The position numbers were made by a program, and so were the translations under genes. A stretch of 64,000 bases of DNA from a virus (lineage: Duplodnaviria > Caudoviricetes). Below, in pieces: positions 12,201 to 20,700 of this stretch (within the stretch, counting starts at the first letter, position 1; every line of letters begins with the position of its first letter). The DNA lies in the IMG/VR virus record IMGVR_UViG_3300008108_000109, positions 1,318 through 65,317 of that record, one strand, 5' to 3'. The notes under the pieces are model-generated. The model ran no database searches. It was not told the DNA's origin and saw only the letters and a list, made by a program, of their open reading frames with translations.

Positions 12201-15200
12201 TTCTAGATTTAGTGGTAGAGTATTTTTAAGATCATCCCTAAATCAAGGATTTACAACAAACTTTATTAAAGCATACGATAATAATTATGTTTTTGATGAT
12301 ATTTCACCACAATTTAATGGCATTACAACAACATTCACATTAAAATATCAAGGAAATGATATCGACAATATTACTGCTAGTAATACAATTATATTAATTA
12401 ATGATATATTCCAAGGACCCCAAAGACTTGGAAACGTACTTACAAATATTCCAGGAGATTATAAGTTAATTGATGGTGGAGGAGCACTACAAGTTGGATT
12501 TAGTGGTCCCGTTGCTGATCCAACAATAACTAATGATATAAACGCTAACAGTACTCCTAGAGGAGGAATTATTGTTAGTGTTGGATCAACAGAAGGTTAC
12601 GGTTACCAACCTCTTGTTGCTGCTGGTGGAACAGCAACAGTTTCTGCTGCAGGAACTATATCATTTATCTCTATAGGAAATTCTGGATCTGGATATAGAT
12701 CTGGATTACAAACGGTAAAAGTTGGTATTCAAACTCCAAGTTATGGACCTGCAAATATCAGTTATATTGGCATTGCAACAGTTGTTGATGGTCATGTAAC
12801 AGGAGTTGCAATTACAAATCCAAAGGTATTCTATGTACCAAGAAATATATCAAATGTTGGTTATAGTTCATTAACAGGAGTTACTACAATCACAACATCA
12901 ACTCCACATAATCTATTATTGGGAGATGAAATTGTGATTGCTGGAGCAGCATTTACTTGTGATTATTATCCACCTTTAGGTGTAAGTAGTGCATTCTATG
13001 ACAATATAACTGGAATTATGACGGTAAGTACCGTTGGAATAACAACATTATCAATAATAAGTTTTGTTTATGATAACACAACGGGTTTATCTACAGTTAC
13101 TACTTCACAACCACACAAACTAGTATCTCAAACTGCAATTGGTAGAAGTTTTAGTCTTGCTGGCATAGCAATGACTTGTGTTGGATATGGTCAAACCTTT
13201 GCTGTTTATGATTTTGTGTATGATGAATCTACAGGAATTTCTACAATTACTGTAGATGGAAATCATGGTTTATTATCTGGAGATAACTTTAAGATTAGAG
13301 ATCTATCAGTATTATCTGGAGTAACAACAACAATATTCCCTGATGGTTCTAGTGGATACATGTTTACTGTCGGTACAGTTGGAACAACTACATCATTTAC
13401 TGCAAATATTGGTATTGGAACTACCACTTTAAGTTATATAAGTGGTGGAGTAATTCAAGTTGGTATTAATACTGACATATTCCCAGGAGATCCTACGGTA
13501 TCTCCATTTGGTGATACATTCAGTGTCCTATCTGCACCAGATTCATATACACTCACATTTAATGCTGGCATATCTACTATTCAACATTTTTATATTAGTG
13601 GTGGTATATTAACTCTTGGTCATAAATTGAGAGTTGGATCTGACATTGCGCTTACTGGACTAGCATTTACATGTTCTTATGATGGCGGGGTTGGAATACT
13701 TACACATCCAAGAATTACAGATCCAGCATATTGCGGAACACCAGTAACCAAGATCAATAGCTTAACTGAATTTGAAGTTAATGTTGGGGTAACTACAGCA
13801 GAATCATTCTACGATTCTGGAGGAACCGTTGAAGAAATAGTAGTTCTACCTAGACAAAAGAATAATTCAGCGTCTGGTCAAGATTTAGCCGCAAACGGAT
13901 CCTCAGTTATAAAGATTGTAGATGATTACACATTCATAGTAAATACTGGAACTTCTCAATACACTCATTTTTATAAGAGATGTGGTACAATTGGAAAACC
14001 AGTAGAAGTTATATTTGATAGTCCACTATCATATCAAAATATACCTTTAATATACAGTCCTGGTGTTATTGGGTTTGGTACTGGTGCTACTGTAGACTTA
14101 GTTCCTAGTTTAGATTCGACTATATTAAATTTTGAACTTAACAATTTTGGTTATGGGTATGGTTCAGGAGAAAGACTTACTGTTGCTATTGGAGGAACAG
14201 TTGGAATTCCAACTTATGCTGGAATATCTTCATATATTCCATTTGAACTAACCATTGATAGAACATATCAAAGTAAATTTGCGGGATGGAACGTTGGCGA
14301 ATTTTTAGTTTTGGATAATATATCTGCATTTTTTAATGGGAGAAGAAGATTATTCCCACTAACATTGAATGGACAAAGTATTTCTTTCTTTGCAAAAGCA
14401 AATTCTGGTATTAATTTACAATCAAACCTACTTGTATTTGTAAATGATGTTCTACAAACTCCTGGAGAGGGTTATCAGTTTAATGGTGGTAGTACTATTA
14501 GATTTACAGAAGCACCAAAAGGATTAGTTGCTGGATTTAGTACAACTGGCGATACCGCAAAACTTTTAATGTATACTGGAACACAATCTATAGACGTTAG
14601 AACTGTAGATGTTTTACCATCAGTAAAAGTTGGTGATGATGTTCAATTGTATAGTGATGTTGATGCTACATTTACTGAAGAACAAAGATTGGTCATGGAT
14701 GTAGTATCTGCAGATAAAATCGTTACGAACAACTATGGTGGTCAAGGTGTGACCCTAGATGAATTGTATTCAAGACCTATTAGTTGGTTTAAACAGACAG
14801 TAGATAAAATTATTGATAATAAATTTGTTGGTAAGGATAGAATTTATTATGAACCAGTTATAAATCCAAGTACAAATATTATAGAATCGGTTGGAATTGG
14901 ATCTACTTATGTATTTGTAACTAATATTAGACCACTATTTGACGACTCTTTTGAGGGTATTCCTCTAACAGAAAGATCTATTATTGAAATAATATCACAA
15001 GAAAATTTAGATACTGCTACTGCAGTAGCAGTTGTTGGGTCTGGTGGATCTATAGCAAATCTAATACTTACAAATCCTGGGTATGGATATACTACTGCAC
15101 CAGAAATAGTTATTCAAAAACCCTATGGTGATGGAACTCAAGCTACTGGAAGTGCTACAATTGGTGCTGGTGGTACAATAACTTCTATAAGTGTAGGAAC

Positions 15201-16158
15201 AGGAGGAACAAATTATTATTATGGTCCTTTGGCATCTTTGACAATAAACCAACAGGGTTCTGGATTCCCACCAATATCTAACGACAACAACACATTCTAT
15301 AATGCAAGATTAAAATCACAATCTGGAATTGGTAGACACGCAACTGCAAATATTCAACTTAGTCCATTAAATTTCAATATTGCTTCAGTATCAATTACTG
15401 ATGGAGGAACAAATTATGCTGTTGGTGATATTTTATATGTTGACACGTATGATAATGTTGGATTAGCTACCACTGCAAGAAAATGGGCATTAAAATCACC
15501 AATGAAGTTTACAGTAACATCTATAGCAGCTCCACCAGTATTAATTGCACCACCAAAAAGAAGAGTCGAGGAAGTTATTAGAGTAAATTACGAAGGAGAC
15601 TATGGAATTATAGTTGGGGTTGCAACAACTTCTTGTGTTGGTGTAACTACTTGTTTAGGATTAGAACTAGACCTGTTTATTCCAATGGATTCTAGAATTA
15701 GAAAGTCTTTAAATATTTCTGTAACTGGAATAGCAACAGGATACTTATTTAACGTAATTGAATCTAATTTCGGCACATCTCCACAAACTTCTTTAAGGTC
15801 GGATGGATCTACATTAGGCATTTCTACACAATTTGTTAATATGACATTTGAATGTGTAAACTGGTACACTAAACAATCGGTAATACCAGCAGGAATTAGT
15901 GGATTAGCATCGACAGTTGGAATTGCCACTACTGTGACCACAGTTGTAGTGAAGTTACTAGATAATCCAGGAAACAATCTTGTTGGATTTGCAACAACGG
16001 CATTTTACGGTAAATATACTTGGGGTAAAATAAATATGCCAACAAGAATAACTCCACAAGAGTTTTCCGCTCAGCATGGAACTAAACAATCTGGTATTGG
16101 AACAAACCCAATTATAAGAAGAAAGAACCCATTAAAATATTTGGGTTACATTAGCTAA
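3292..16158 (+). CDS. gp7: giant baseplate wedge initiator gp7-like protein (4288 aa)
   Basis: Between gp6 and gp8; N-terminal QLPSFVRE..FLKNYY, FYTSKG and IHDNDYYQYFSYSVRS..HTAGFK motifs typical of gp7 in T4-like cyanophages. Confidence 0.85.
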   Translation: MKNRVNIKNLVSDQLPSFVRESYPDFVEFLKNYYESLEFPGGPSDILNNIDEYTKIDNITELTYYTELTQDIEYGPTDISVTDTYGFPPNNGIIKIDNELLLYESKDNTTFFNCIRSFTGITSYTQSDTDTLNFEYSVEDVHTSGTIVYNLHALFLAELYKKFKAQYTPGFEDIQFYEELNEKTLVSRLKDFYTSKGANSSFDVLFRSVWGSPVSIIKPRDFLIQPSDADYRVTRDLVVKQLSGDPQDLVNRTLYQDETAVIPKAVGSITNVEQLFKDGEEYYRLSLDYNPELETFNFTVHPKTKITNPVGVGQTYLDVDSTLSFTNSGTLVVNDNGVEYQFNYSSKSSTQFFGLSAPVAIGLNEDISTPDYAYALSNSGEQIKVKITGVLGDLEFDRDASYYYEVDDQIEIVSLGADTTEQIRTTWINNVTPEYEIEQITQVALKLNGAAQYRIRTFDPNIFTLGDIGTIKGSDGNQYNIFVIAVSNKYEFDVNLTTRINTTSVKYSIRKGVSKALSNNQPEINIISADVQNVYTDDDDTYVVASSLPNYYNTPIIVEDLSVTFTGQYDGYDINIGSNSFISGEAVYYSRNNNIGLNISEGQYFIFRVNSSTVRLATSRANIRSGQFVYVFGTVFNNKISLLKYQGRRIQSQDLVRKYSAPVDDDIVENRITKPGTIGQFLNGVEILNYKTSDTIYSGPIQEIVVSSSGDSNYDVINPPVLVISDNIGVGNTIFGTGAEGVCNVVGSLSRVNILDKGFDYVAEPKITISGGNGVGAEAKANLSKIVYNVTFNAGSLYDQVNLVTNTIGFTTYHKFRDFEKVIYNSQNQTKIGNLVDDAIYFVRVISPTEIKLHNTLDNAIAGINTVSFGSYGEGLQRFSTANKKNVISSIEVINRGKGYTNKTLFFDELSVNTFDNYIQINNHGYSDKEIILFESDGVLPVGLTTNTEYYIKTIDKNKFRVAKSESVGVGSTVTSDINYINRRFIDFSDGGTGKHSIKYQPITIKVESPIGVTTFAGQDFTCKVVPVFTGEIVSVSLKEKGDNYGDPSIVNYNRQPNISLINGENAQISVIVSSQGKIIGAIVNNTGSGYNSPPLLEVLGSGSGAILTPVIVDEKIVDVRIIESGFGYNQVDTSVRIKSTGSNAQFQANITAWTINQIERLFESEQVKPDDGIITTPLASDRGLQYTHGYPARELRRKLLATSLDIVGNRVYRADIENDNNPEKYHSPIIGWAYDGNPIYGPYGYRDKEGGAVVRLNSGYELKLKPYRPSTALFPPGYFVEDYEFTNNGDLDDHNGRYCKTPEFPNGIYAYFSTFNNLKEASGPFNGYLKPVFPYVIGNTFNSKVIEYNFDQLSNLTYVDVYNSGWIRHTSSLGLLLDKTKYQGFIRPDTFARGFTEVTSISPGQLDQLQIIAPGDNYSVLDNIFFNSQGTGGSGAYARISEIQGRDVDTISYSFSKLSGVEFTPFGSPGKYVGFASTSHSLINGDIISIQNLNILSTDFASSYTIGVSTNTLTLSSDIQTPAQTGIVTYINVAGNLAFPVTSVNDVYRIGTEKIKIISIHPNDSRMRVYRSFGGSVGSAHSSGTSLIELSRKITFNSGFSTSTEYKLNREVFFDPRESAIIPSENLILYSNPIPPSLVPTAWDYYTSGIGTGTVEYFTINSPVGGNDVAKVSFASTTGSSDAFGLKYEPVSLSSDYNTLSVFLKGQNGGENVYIILDDGSIYYSQLVTLTDEWRRYSLVAQTAAGSHRVRIGTFGTQGLTLNSAPTFYVWGAQVELGQLTSSYYSTSGSALTRAEKKSGLLFFSNPGVTEKKGIQTIVNTFYVPEHGFKTGDKINYNVGHGYTGVSVSYGTTTTPLVNNQVLYVAAYNNDFIGVSTQRIGIGSTGGFVGIGSDILELFKINDYGTGEVHSIKTDELLTIRGDVYKKTATVVTQREHGLSNGDVVSLKVISGITSTIYLKYDDVNRRLLANPKQFIDTDINLSRNSITIPNHGFRTGQKVIYNSQTPSSGLINSKLYYVIVPDDNTVLLSHIYYDRISSNDAIQIVNIGTQSAGELSSVNPELFAVKNSTVLFDLSDPTLSANSIPAFQFDLFVDPEFQKPFYTSPLNKGAFNVRKSGVIGEPGAKVELVINDTVPTSLYYTLSPIRYSGATSSKLEIINDKFNILNPNKLSIIDSKYNRITAISGITTNSFKYSLEVTPEKYSYSSSEGISTYTTQSQTAIGPVAKVTIDSGGRNYIRLPNVTQIVSGLGTAALFLPRSTTIGKVNSVVLTDIGFDYPSDKTLRPLANLPYTYKIEPLSKFKRIQIVNPGINYFVAPQLAVVDGFTGRVNTEVSLEYDIGDTEVRIIRNTTGLYNVTPKIIPINNPNGVRIDNIVFDPGTLNVTVSFAVTFSSAQDYPFIVGEKIIIENTNVDANFGGRGYNSAAYDYRLFRILSANPDVGGDNPTITFNLTGFLNPDEEPGIFDNFESFGTATPESYFPIFDIDLEKDSFRVGETIVAQDGNFGVVQSYDRRNEFLKIRSKRIFKVDDLIIGASSQNKGLISSVDGIRAKYLISSNSITKKGWLKQTGKLNESFQRIHDNDYYQYFSYSVRSPIEYQVWNPLVSNLTHTAGFKKFSELTIDSYDPSIVGLSTSQDLNALVAISDLTQIVDLNSIKDFDIAREKSIQVNNSLVSNEILFNLPFLAQYQEFIGNRVLAIDDFSDQFNGVNRGFELKTQNQTIFENIFNGSDSTIISQAEGSINLKNHFFVSGEEVEYIPPDNDFANAIQISPSDFGPGIGTTSRLPARFIIIKQDNQKVRVATSATNALLFNPIGVGITGVGIGSTHIIRAISPNNRMLITINGTIQSPIVGTAYTTASSASIGIGSTNINVVGVTSIFSGDLLQIDDEIILVSAVDASTNTLNVKRAWMGSTENTHASNTVITKLVGNYNVLNNKIHFSEAMWGSIPVGFGTTATSANEIDYTGLTTSSRFSGRVFLRSSLNQGFTTNFIKAYDNNYVFDDISPQFNGITTTFTLKYQGNDIDNITASNTIILINDIFQGPQRLGNVLTNIPGDYKLIDGGGALQVGFSGPVADPTITNDINANSTPRGGIIVSVGSTEGYGYQPLVAAGGTATVSAAGTISFISIGNSGSGYRSGLQTVKVGIQTPSYGPANISYIGIATVVDGHVTGVAITNPKVFYVPRNISNVGYSSLTGVTTITTSTPHNLLLGDEIVIAGAAFTCDYYPPLGVSSAFYDNITGIMTVSTVGITTLSIISFVYDNTTGLSTVTTSQPHKLVSQTAIGRSFSLAGIAMTCVGYGQTFAVYDFVYDESTGISTITVDGNHGLLSGDNFKIRDLSVLSGVTTTIFPDGSSGYMFTVGTVGTTTSFTANIGIGTTTLSYISGGVIQVGINTDIFPGDPTVSPFGDTFSVLSAPDSYTLTFNAGISTIQHFYISGGILTLGHKLRVGSDIALTGLAFTCSYDGGVGILTHPRITDPAYCGTPVTKINSLTEFEVNVGVTTAESFYDSGGTVEEIVVLPRQKNNSASGQDLAANGSSVIKIVDDYTFIVNTGTSQYTHFYKRCGTIGKPVEVIFDSPLSYQNIPLIYSPGVIGFGTGATVDLVPSLDSTILNFELNNFGYGYGSGERLTVAIGGTVGIPTYAGISSYIPFELTIDRTYQSKFAGWNVGEFLVLDNISAFFNGRRRLFPLTLNGQSISFFAKANSGINLQSNLLVFVNDVLQTPGEGYQFNGGSTIRFTEAPKGLVAGFSTTGDTAKLLMYTGTQSIDVRTVDVLPSVKVGDDVQLYSDVDATFTEEQRLVMDVVSADKIVTNNYGGQGVTLDELYSRPISWFKQTVDKIIDNKFVGKDRIYYEPVINPSTNIIESVGIGSTYVFVTNIRPLFDDSFEGIPLTERSIIEIISQENLDTATAVAVVGSGGSIANLILTNPGYGYTTAPEIVIQKPYGDGTQATGSATIGAGGTITSISVGTGGTNYYYGPLASLTINQQGSGFPPISNDNNTFYNARLKSQSGIGRHATANIQLSPLNFNIASVSITDGGTNYAVGDILYVDTYDNVGLATTARKWALKSPMKFTVTSIAAPPVLIAPPKRRVEEVIRVNYEGDYGIIVGVATTSCVGVTTCLGLELDLFIPMDSRIRKSLNISVTGIATGYLFNVIESNFGTSPQTSLRSDGSTLGISTQFVNMTFECVNWYTKQSVIPAGISGLASTVGIATTVTTVVVKLLDNPGNNLVGFATTAFYGKYTWGKINMPTRITPQEFSAQHGTKQSGIGTNPIIRRKNPLKYLGYIS

Positions 16159-16164
16159 TAAATA
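16158..16164 (+). promoter_or_regulatory. late promoter ATAAATA
   Basis: Motif in gp7-gp8 intergenic gap. Confidence 0.7.
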
Positions 16165-16190
16165 AAAGATATAGAAGTTTATTTCCTAAA

Positions 16191-17774
16191 ATGGCAGCAA
16201 TTATAACTGATTTGTTGAGGGTTAAGAACGCAAGGAGTTTTATTGATAAAATTAGAGACCCATCTAATTCATATTATACATTCATTGGATTACCAAATGC
16301 AACGGAAGTCCAATCGAATTGGAATACCACTCCACCATCTCCAAGAGATTGTTTTGATGATACCAATTTTTATTGGGATACAATGATTGCATTGAAAAAA
16401 ATTGCTGCTGACGATATTAGACCTGTTGTGAGAAAAATATTGTGGGCATCTGCAACAATTTATGATATGTATCGCCATGATGTAAATAGAAATAATTTAT
16501 CCAAACCTTCAAATAAAACAAGTTTATATTCTTCCAATTATTTTGTAGTTAATAGTGAATTTAGAGTTTATATTTGTTTAAATAATGGAATTGACCCAGA
16601 AAACCCGAATGGAAGACCTTCGCTTGATGAACCAAAATTTACAGATTTAGAACCAAGAGCAGCTGGAACTAGTGGTGATGGTTATATTTGGAAATACCTT
16701 TATACTATCAGTCCAAGTGATGTAATTAAATTCGATTCTTTGAATTTTATCCCACTTCCAGTTGATTGGGAAACAAATGCTGATTATGTTCCAGTAAGAA
16801 ATAATGCTGAAACTAGTGGACAGTTAAAAACTGTAACTATAAAAAATAGGGGATACTTAGTCGGACCACCAAATACAACATATACTAGAGTTCCGATCAA
16901 AGGAGATGGTAATGGTGCAGAATGTACTATAGTTGTTAATAATGATGCAAAAGTTGAATCTGTAACTATATCAAATGGTGGAAGTGGATATACTTACGCA
17001 AGTGTTGATTTAATTGGAGGTAACGTCCCAACTGGTTCTTTAACTCCAGTATTCGATGTTATAATACCACCTCCTGGTGGTCATGGATATGATGTTTATA
17101 AAGAACTTGGTGCAACTAACGTATTAATATATTCTAGAATTGAAAATGACGAACAAAACCCAGATTTTGTTACAGGAACATCAATCGCTAGAATTGGTAT
17201 TGTAGAAAATCCAGAGGCATTTGAATCAACAACTGTAATTACGGAAGATAGGGTAAGTGCAGTGTATGCTTTAAAATTGAAAGGACTAGCTCCAAATGTC
17301 GATGACTATAGATCAACCACATTCTTAGAAAATTCTTATATAACCCAAACAGTTGGAACTGGTGCAACAGCAATTGCACGAGTAATTTCTTATGATGCCC
17401 AAACTGGAGTGTTAAAATATTGGCAAGATAGATCTCTTGTTGGGTTTAATACTGATGGAACTCAAAGACTAAATCCAACCTATGGATTTAAGTTAAATCC
17501 ATTTACAGCAACTCCAACTACTGGAGGATCTTTAAGAATTGTGGGAGGATCAAAGGACTTATATATTGATGATGGATTTGGATCAGACAATACTCCTGGT
17601 ATCAGTACTGTCATAAATAATAAAACATACTACTTAGGACAAACGTTTATCAAAGGAATAGCATCACCAGAAGTTCAAAAATATTCTGGTACAGTCCTAT
17701 ATGTAGATAATAGACCATCTATTACTAGATCGGTAAATCAAAGAGAAGATATCAAAGTTATTTTGCAGTTTTAA
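16191..17774 (+). CDS. gp8: baseplate wedge subunit gp8
   Basis: MAAIITD start, YVVNSEFRVYICL-like, DGYIWKYLYTI, YSGTVLYVDNR..QREDIKVILQF C-terminus. Confidence 0.93.
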   Translation: MAAIITDLLRVKNARSFIDKIRDPSNSYYTFIGLPNATEVQSNWNTTPPSPRDCFDDTNFYWDTMIALKKIAADDIRPVVRKILWASATIYDMYRHDVNRNNLSKPSNKTSLYSSNYFVVNSEFRVYICLNNGIDPENPNGRPSLDEPKFTDLEPRAAGTSGDGYIWKYLYTISPSDVIKFDSLNFIPLPVDWETNADYVPVRNNAETSGQLKTVTIKNRGYLVGPPNTTYTRVPIKGDGNGAECTIVVNNDAKVESVTISNGGSGYTYASVDLIGGNVPTGSLTPVFDVIIPPPGGHGYDVYKELGATNVLIYSRIENDEQNPDFVTGTSIARIGIVENPEAFESTTVITEDRVSAVYALKLKGLAPNVDDYRSTTFLENSYITQTVGTGATAIARVISYDAQTGVLKYWQDRSLVGFNTDGTQRLNPTYGFKLNPFTATPTTGGSLRIVGGSKDLYIDDGFGSDNTPGISTVINNKTYYLGQTFIKGIASPEVQKYSGTVLYVDNRPSITRSVNQREDIKVILQF

Positions 17775-17780
17775 CAAATT

Positions 17781-20700
17781 ATGCCACAGGAAACTAATTT
17801 AAACGTATCTCCATATTTTGATGACTTTGATCCTAATAAGGGGTTTTATAAAGTATTGTTTAAACCTGGATTGCCAATTCAATCTAGAGAATTAACATCT
17901 TTACAGTCAATTCTGCAAAATCAAATTGAACAACTAGGTACACACCTATTTAAAGAAGGATCTGTTGTAATTCCAGGTCAAATTAACTATAATAATACCA
18001 TTTTTGCTGTAGAAATAGAAAATGATTATCTTGGTGTGCCAATTTCAAGTTATGCTGCAGATTTAGTAAATGTTTATATAAGAGGTCAAAATTCAAACGT
18101 AAAAGCAAAAATTGTTTTTAGCGTAGGTCCAGAGTATTCTCAAAGAGGTTACTATACATTATTTGTAAGTTATGTTTCTACAGGTATTAATGGAAAAGAA
18201 GTTTTTGATGATAACGAAACATTAACACTAGAATCTAACTTATCATCTTCTGTTATAAACTTTCAGTCTGGACAGGGATTTGCTATAACTGCAGCAACTA
18301 ATTCGACATCTATAGGTTCTGCAGTATTTTTATCTGAGGGCGTTTATTATTTAAGAGGAACTTTTGTAAAAGTTGATGCTCAGACTTTAATTTTAGATGC
18401 ACACAATCAATTTCCAACTTATAGAGTGGGATTGGAAATTTTTGAAGATATAATTACATCTGGATTCGATTCAAGTTTAACGGATAATGCTAAAGGTTTT
18501 AATAACTATGCAGCTCCAGGAGCAGATAGATTAAAAATAACAGCAGTTTTAACTAAGAAACCATTAGAATCTGATAAGAATGAAAATTTCGTTGAATTGT
18601 TAGTTGTTAGAGATGGTAACATTCAACATATTGAGGATAAAGTAAAATATAATGAGTTAGCTGAAGAACTTGCGAGAAGAACTTTTAATGAATCTGGTAA
18701 TTTTTACGTAAAGCCCTTTACCATTCATGCTAGAGAATCTTTAAATGACCGCAAAGGAAATAATGGTATATTTTTAAAGGGACAACTAACTTACAATAAT
18801 AATGTACCCAGTGATGATTTAGGAACTTATAAAATATCTCCAGGAAAAGCTTTTATTAGAGGTTTTGAAGTAGATTCAAGAACAGTTCATTACTTAGATT
18901 TTGAAAAAACAAGAACAACTAAAAAACTAGAAGATCAAGCAGTAAATTATTATACTGGACCAACTTTATCATTGAATAGAGTAATTGGCGCTCCTAGAAT
19001 TGGGTTTAGTACATCTTCTATTATTAGTTTGAGAGATTCTAGAATAGGAGTTACATCAACAACCGAATCTGGAAAAGAAATTGGTATTGCTAGAGTTTAT
19101 GATTATGCTCTAGAATCTGGATCATATTCTTCTGTTGCTGGTGTACTTAATGAGTGGGATATTTCAATGTATGATATACAAACATACACTGAATTAACTC
19201 TAAATGAAGCAATCACACTAACTGCGCCAACTTACATTGAAGGTAAATCTAGTGGCGCTTCTGGGCATTTAAGATTTAATACAACAACTGGAATTGTAAC
19301 CGCCTATGGAACTAAAGGTTCTTTTATCAAAGGAGAAAAATTAATTTTTAATGGAATTGATAGTAATAGAATTATTACAAATCCAATTGAATATAAAATA
19401 TCCGATGTAAAATCGCTTTATAGTTCTGTAGGAACTGGTCAAACTTTTAATGGAGATACAAAAGTTTCTACTGTTCTTACCGTAGGATCCGTCACAATTT
19501 CTCCAAAATCTGGAACTGCACCAGGAATTTCAACGGTAACTAACAACCGTATAGATTTTCGCGCAATTGTAAAGACTGGAGATCTAGTTGCTTTTACTAA
19601 TACATTATTAACTAATACTAGCGTAAAAACATATGCAAAAGTATCTAGTATTATTGATCGCAATAATATTACTATTGTTGGCATTACTACAGTTACAAAT
19701 ATTAATGATGGTGGTCTCCCAACATCAAGTATTGCCCCAACAGATTTTGAAATCCTTGGTACGTCTTTAAGATCATCAACAGATAATACATTATATACAC
19801 CACTACCAAAGAAATTTATTGCTTCTGTTGACTTAACAAAGTCCAATCTCTCAATTAAAAAGGAATTTAATGTCATCATTACTGCAAATGCAACTAATAC
19901 AATTCAAGCAGGAACTGATGAATCCTTTTTACCATTTGACGAAGAAAGATATGTTTTAATTAATTCAACTGGAGGATTTGAAGAATTAACCGAAGACAAA
20001 TTTAGATTTTCTAATGGTGGTAAAGAATTAAGAATTTTTGGATTAAATGTTGCAGGGTCTGCAAGACTAATTGCAACAATGAAGAAGATAAATGTAACAA
20101 ATAAAGTAAAATCTTTAAATAAAACAAATTCTATAATTGTCAATAAATCCAAATTATCTGCATCTGGTATTGGTTCTACCACTTTAGATGATGGATTAAC
20201 ATATGGTTCTTATGGTTATGGATTAAGGGTTCAAGATAAAGAAATTTGTTTGTTAGAACCAGATGTAACTAAAGTTTATGCAGTTTATGAAGCAAATGAT
20301 ACTAACAATCCAACGCTACCAACTATTAGTCTTTTTAACTTAGATGGTCCTACTGGAAAAGTTGATGACTTTATTATTGGTGAAGAGATAGTTGGTTCTT
20401 CTAGTGGGGCAGCAGCAATATATGTAGAAAAAACTGCAACTTCTACTATAGGATTAGTTTACTTAAATGATCTTAGATTTGAAATTGGAGAGTCTGTAAG
20501 ATCAGAAACTAGTGGAATAAGTGGAACTATAAATGATTTTGATCCTGGGGATGAAAATATTATTGATAGATTTAATTTGGATTCTGGTCAAAGAGAAACT
20601 ATTTGTGATTATTCTAGATTAGTTAGAAAAGCAAATTCTAAAGATCCAAGAAGAAAATTAAGAATTATATATGAATCAGCATCTTACAGTGATTCTACAG

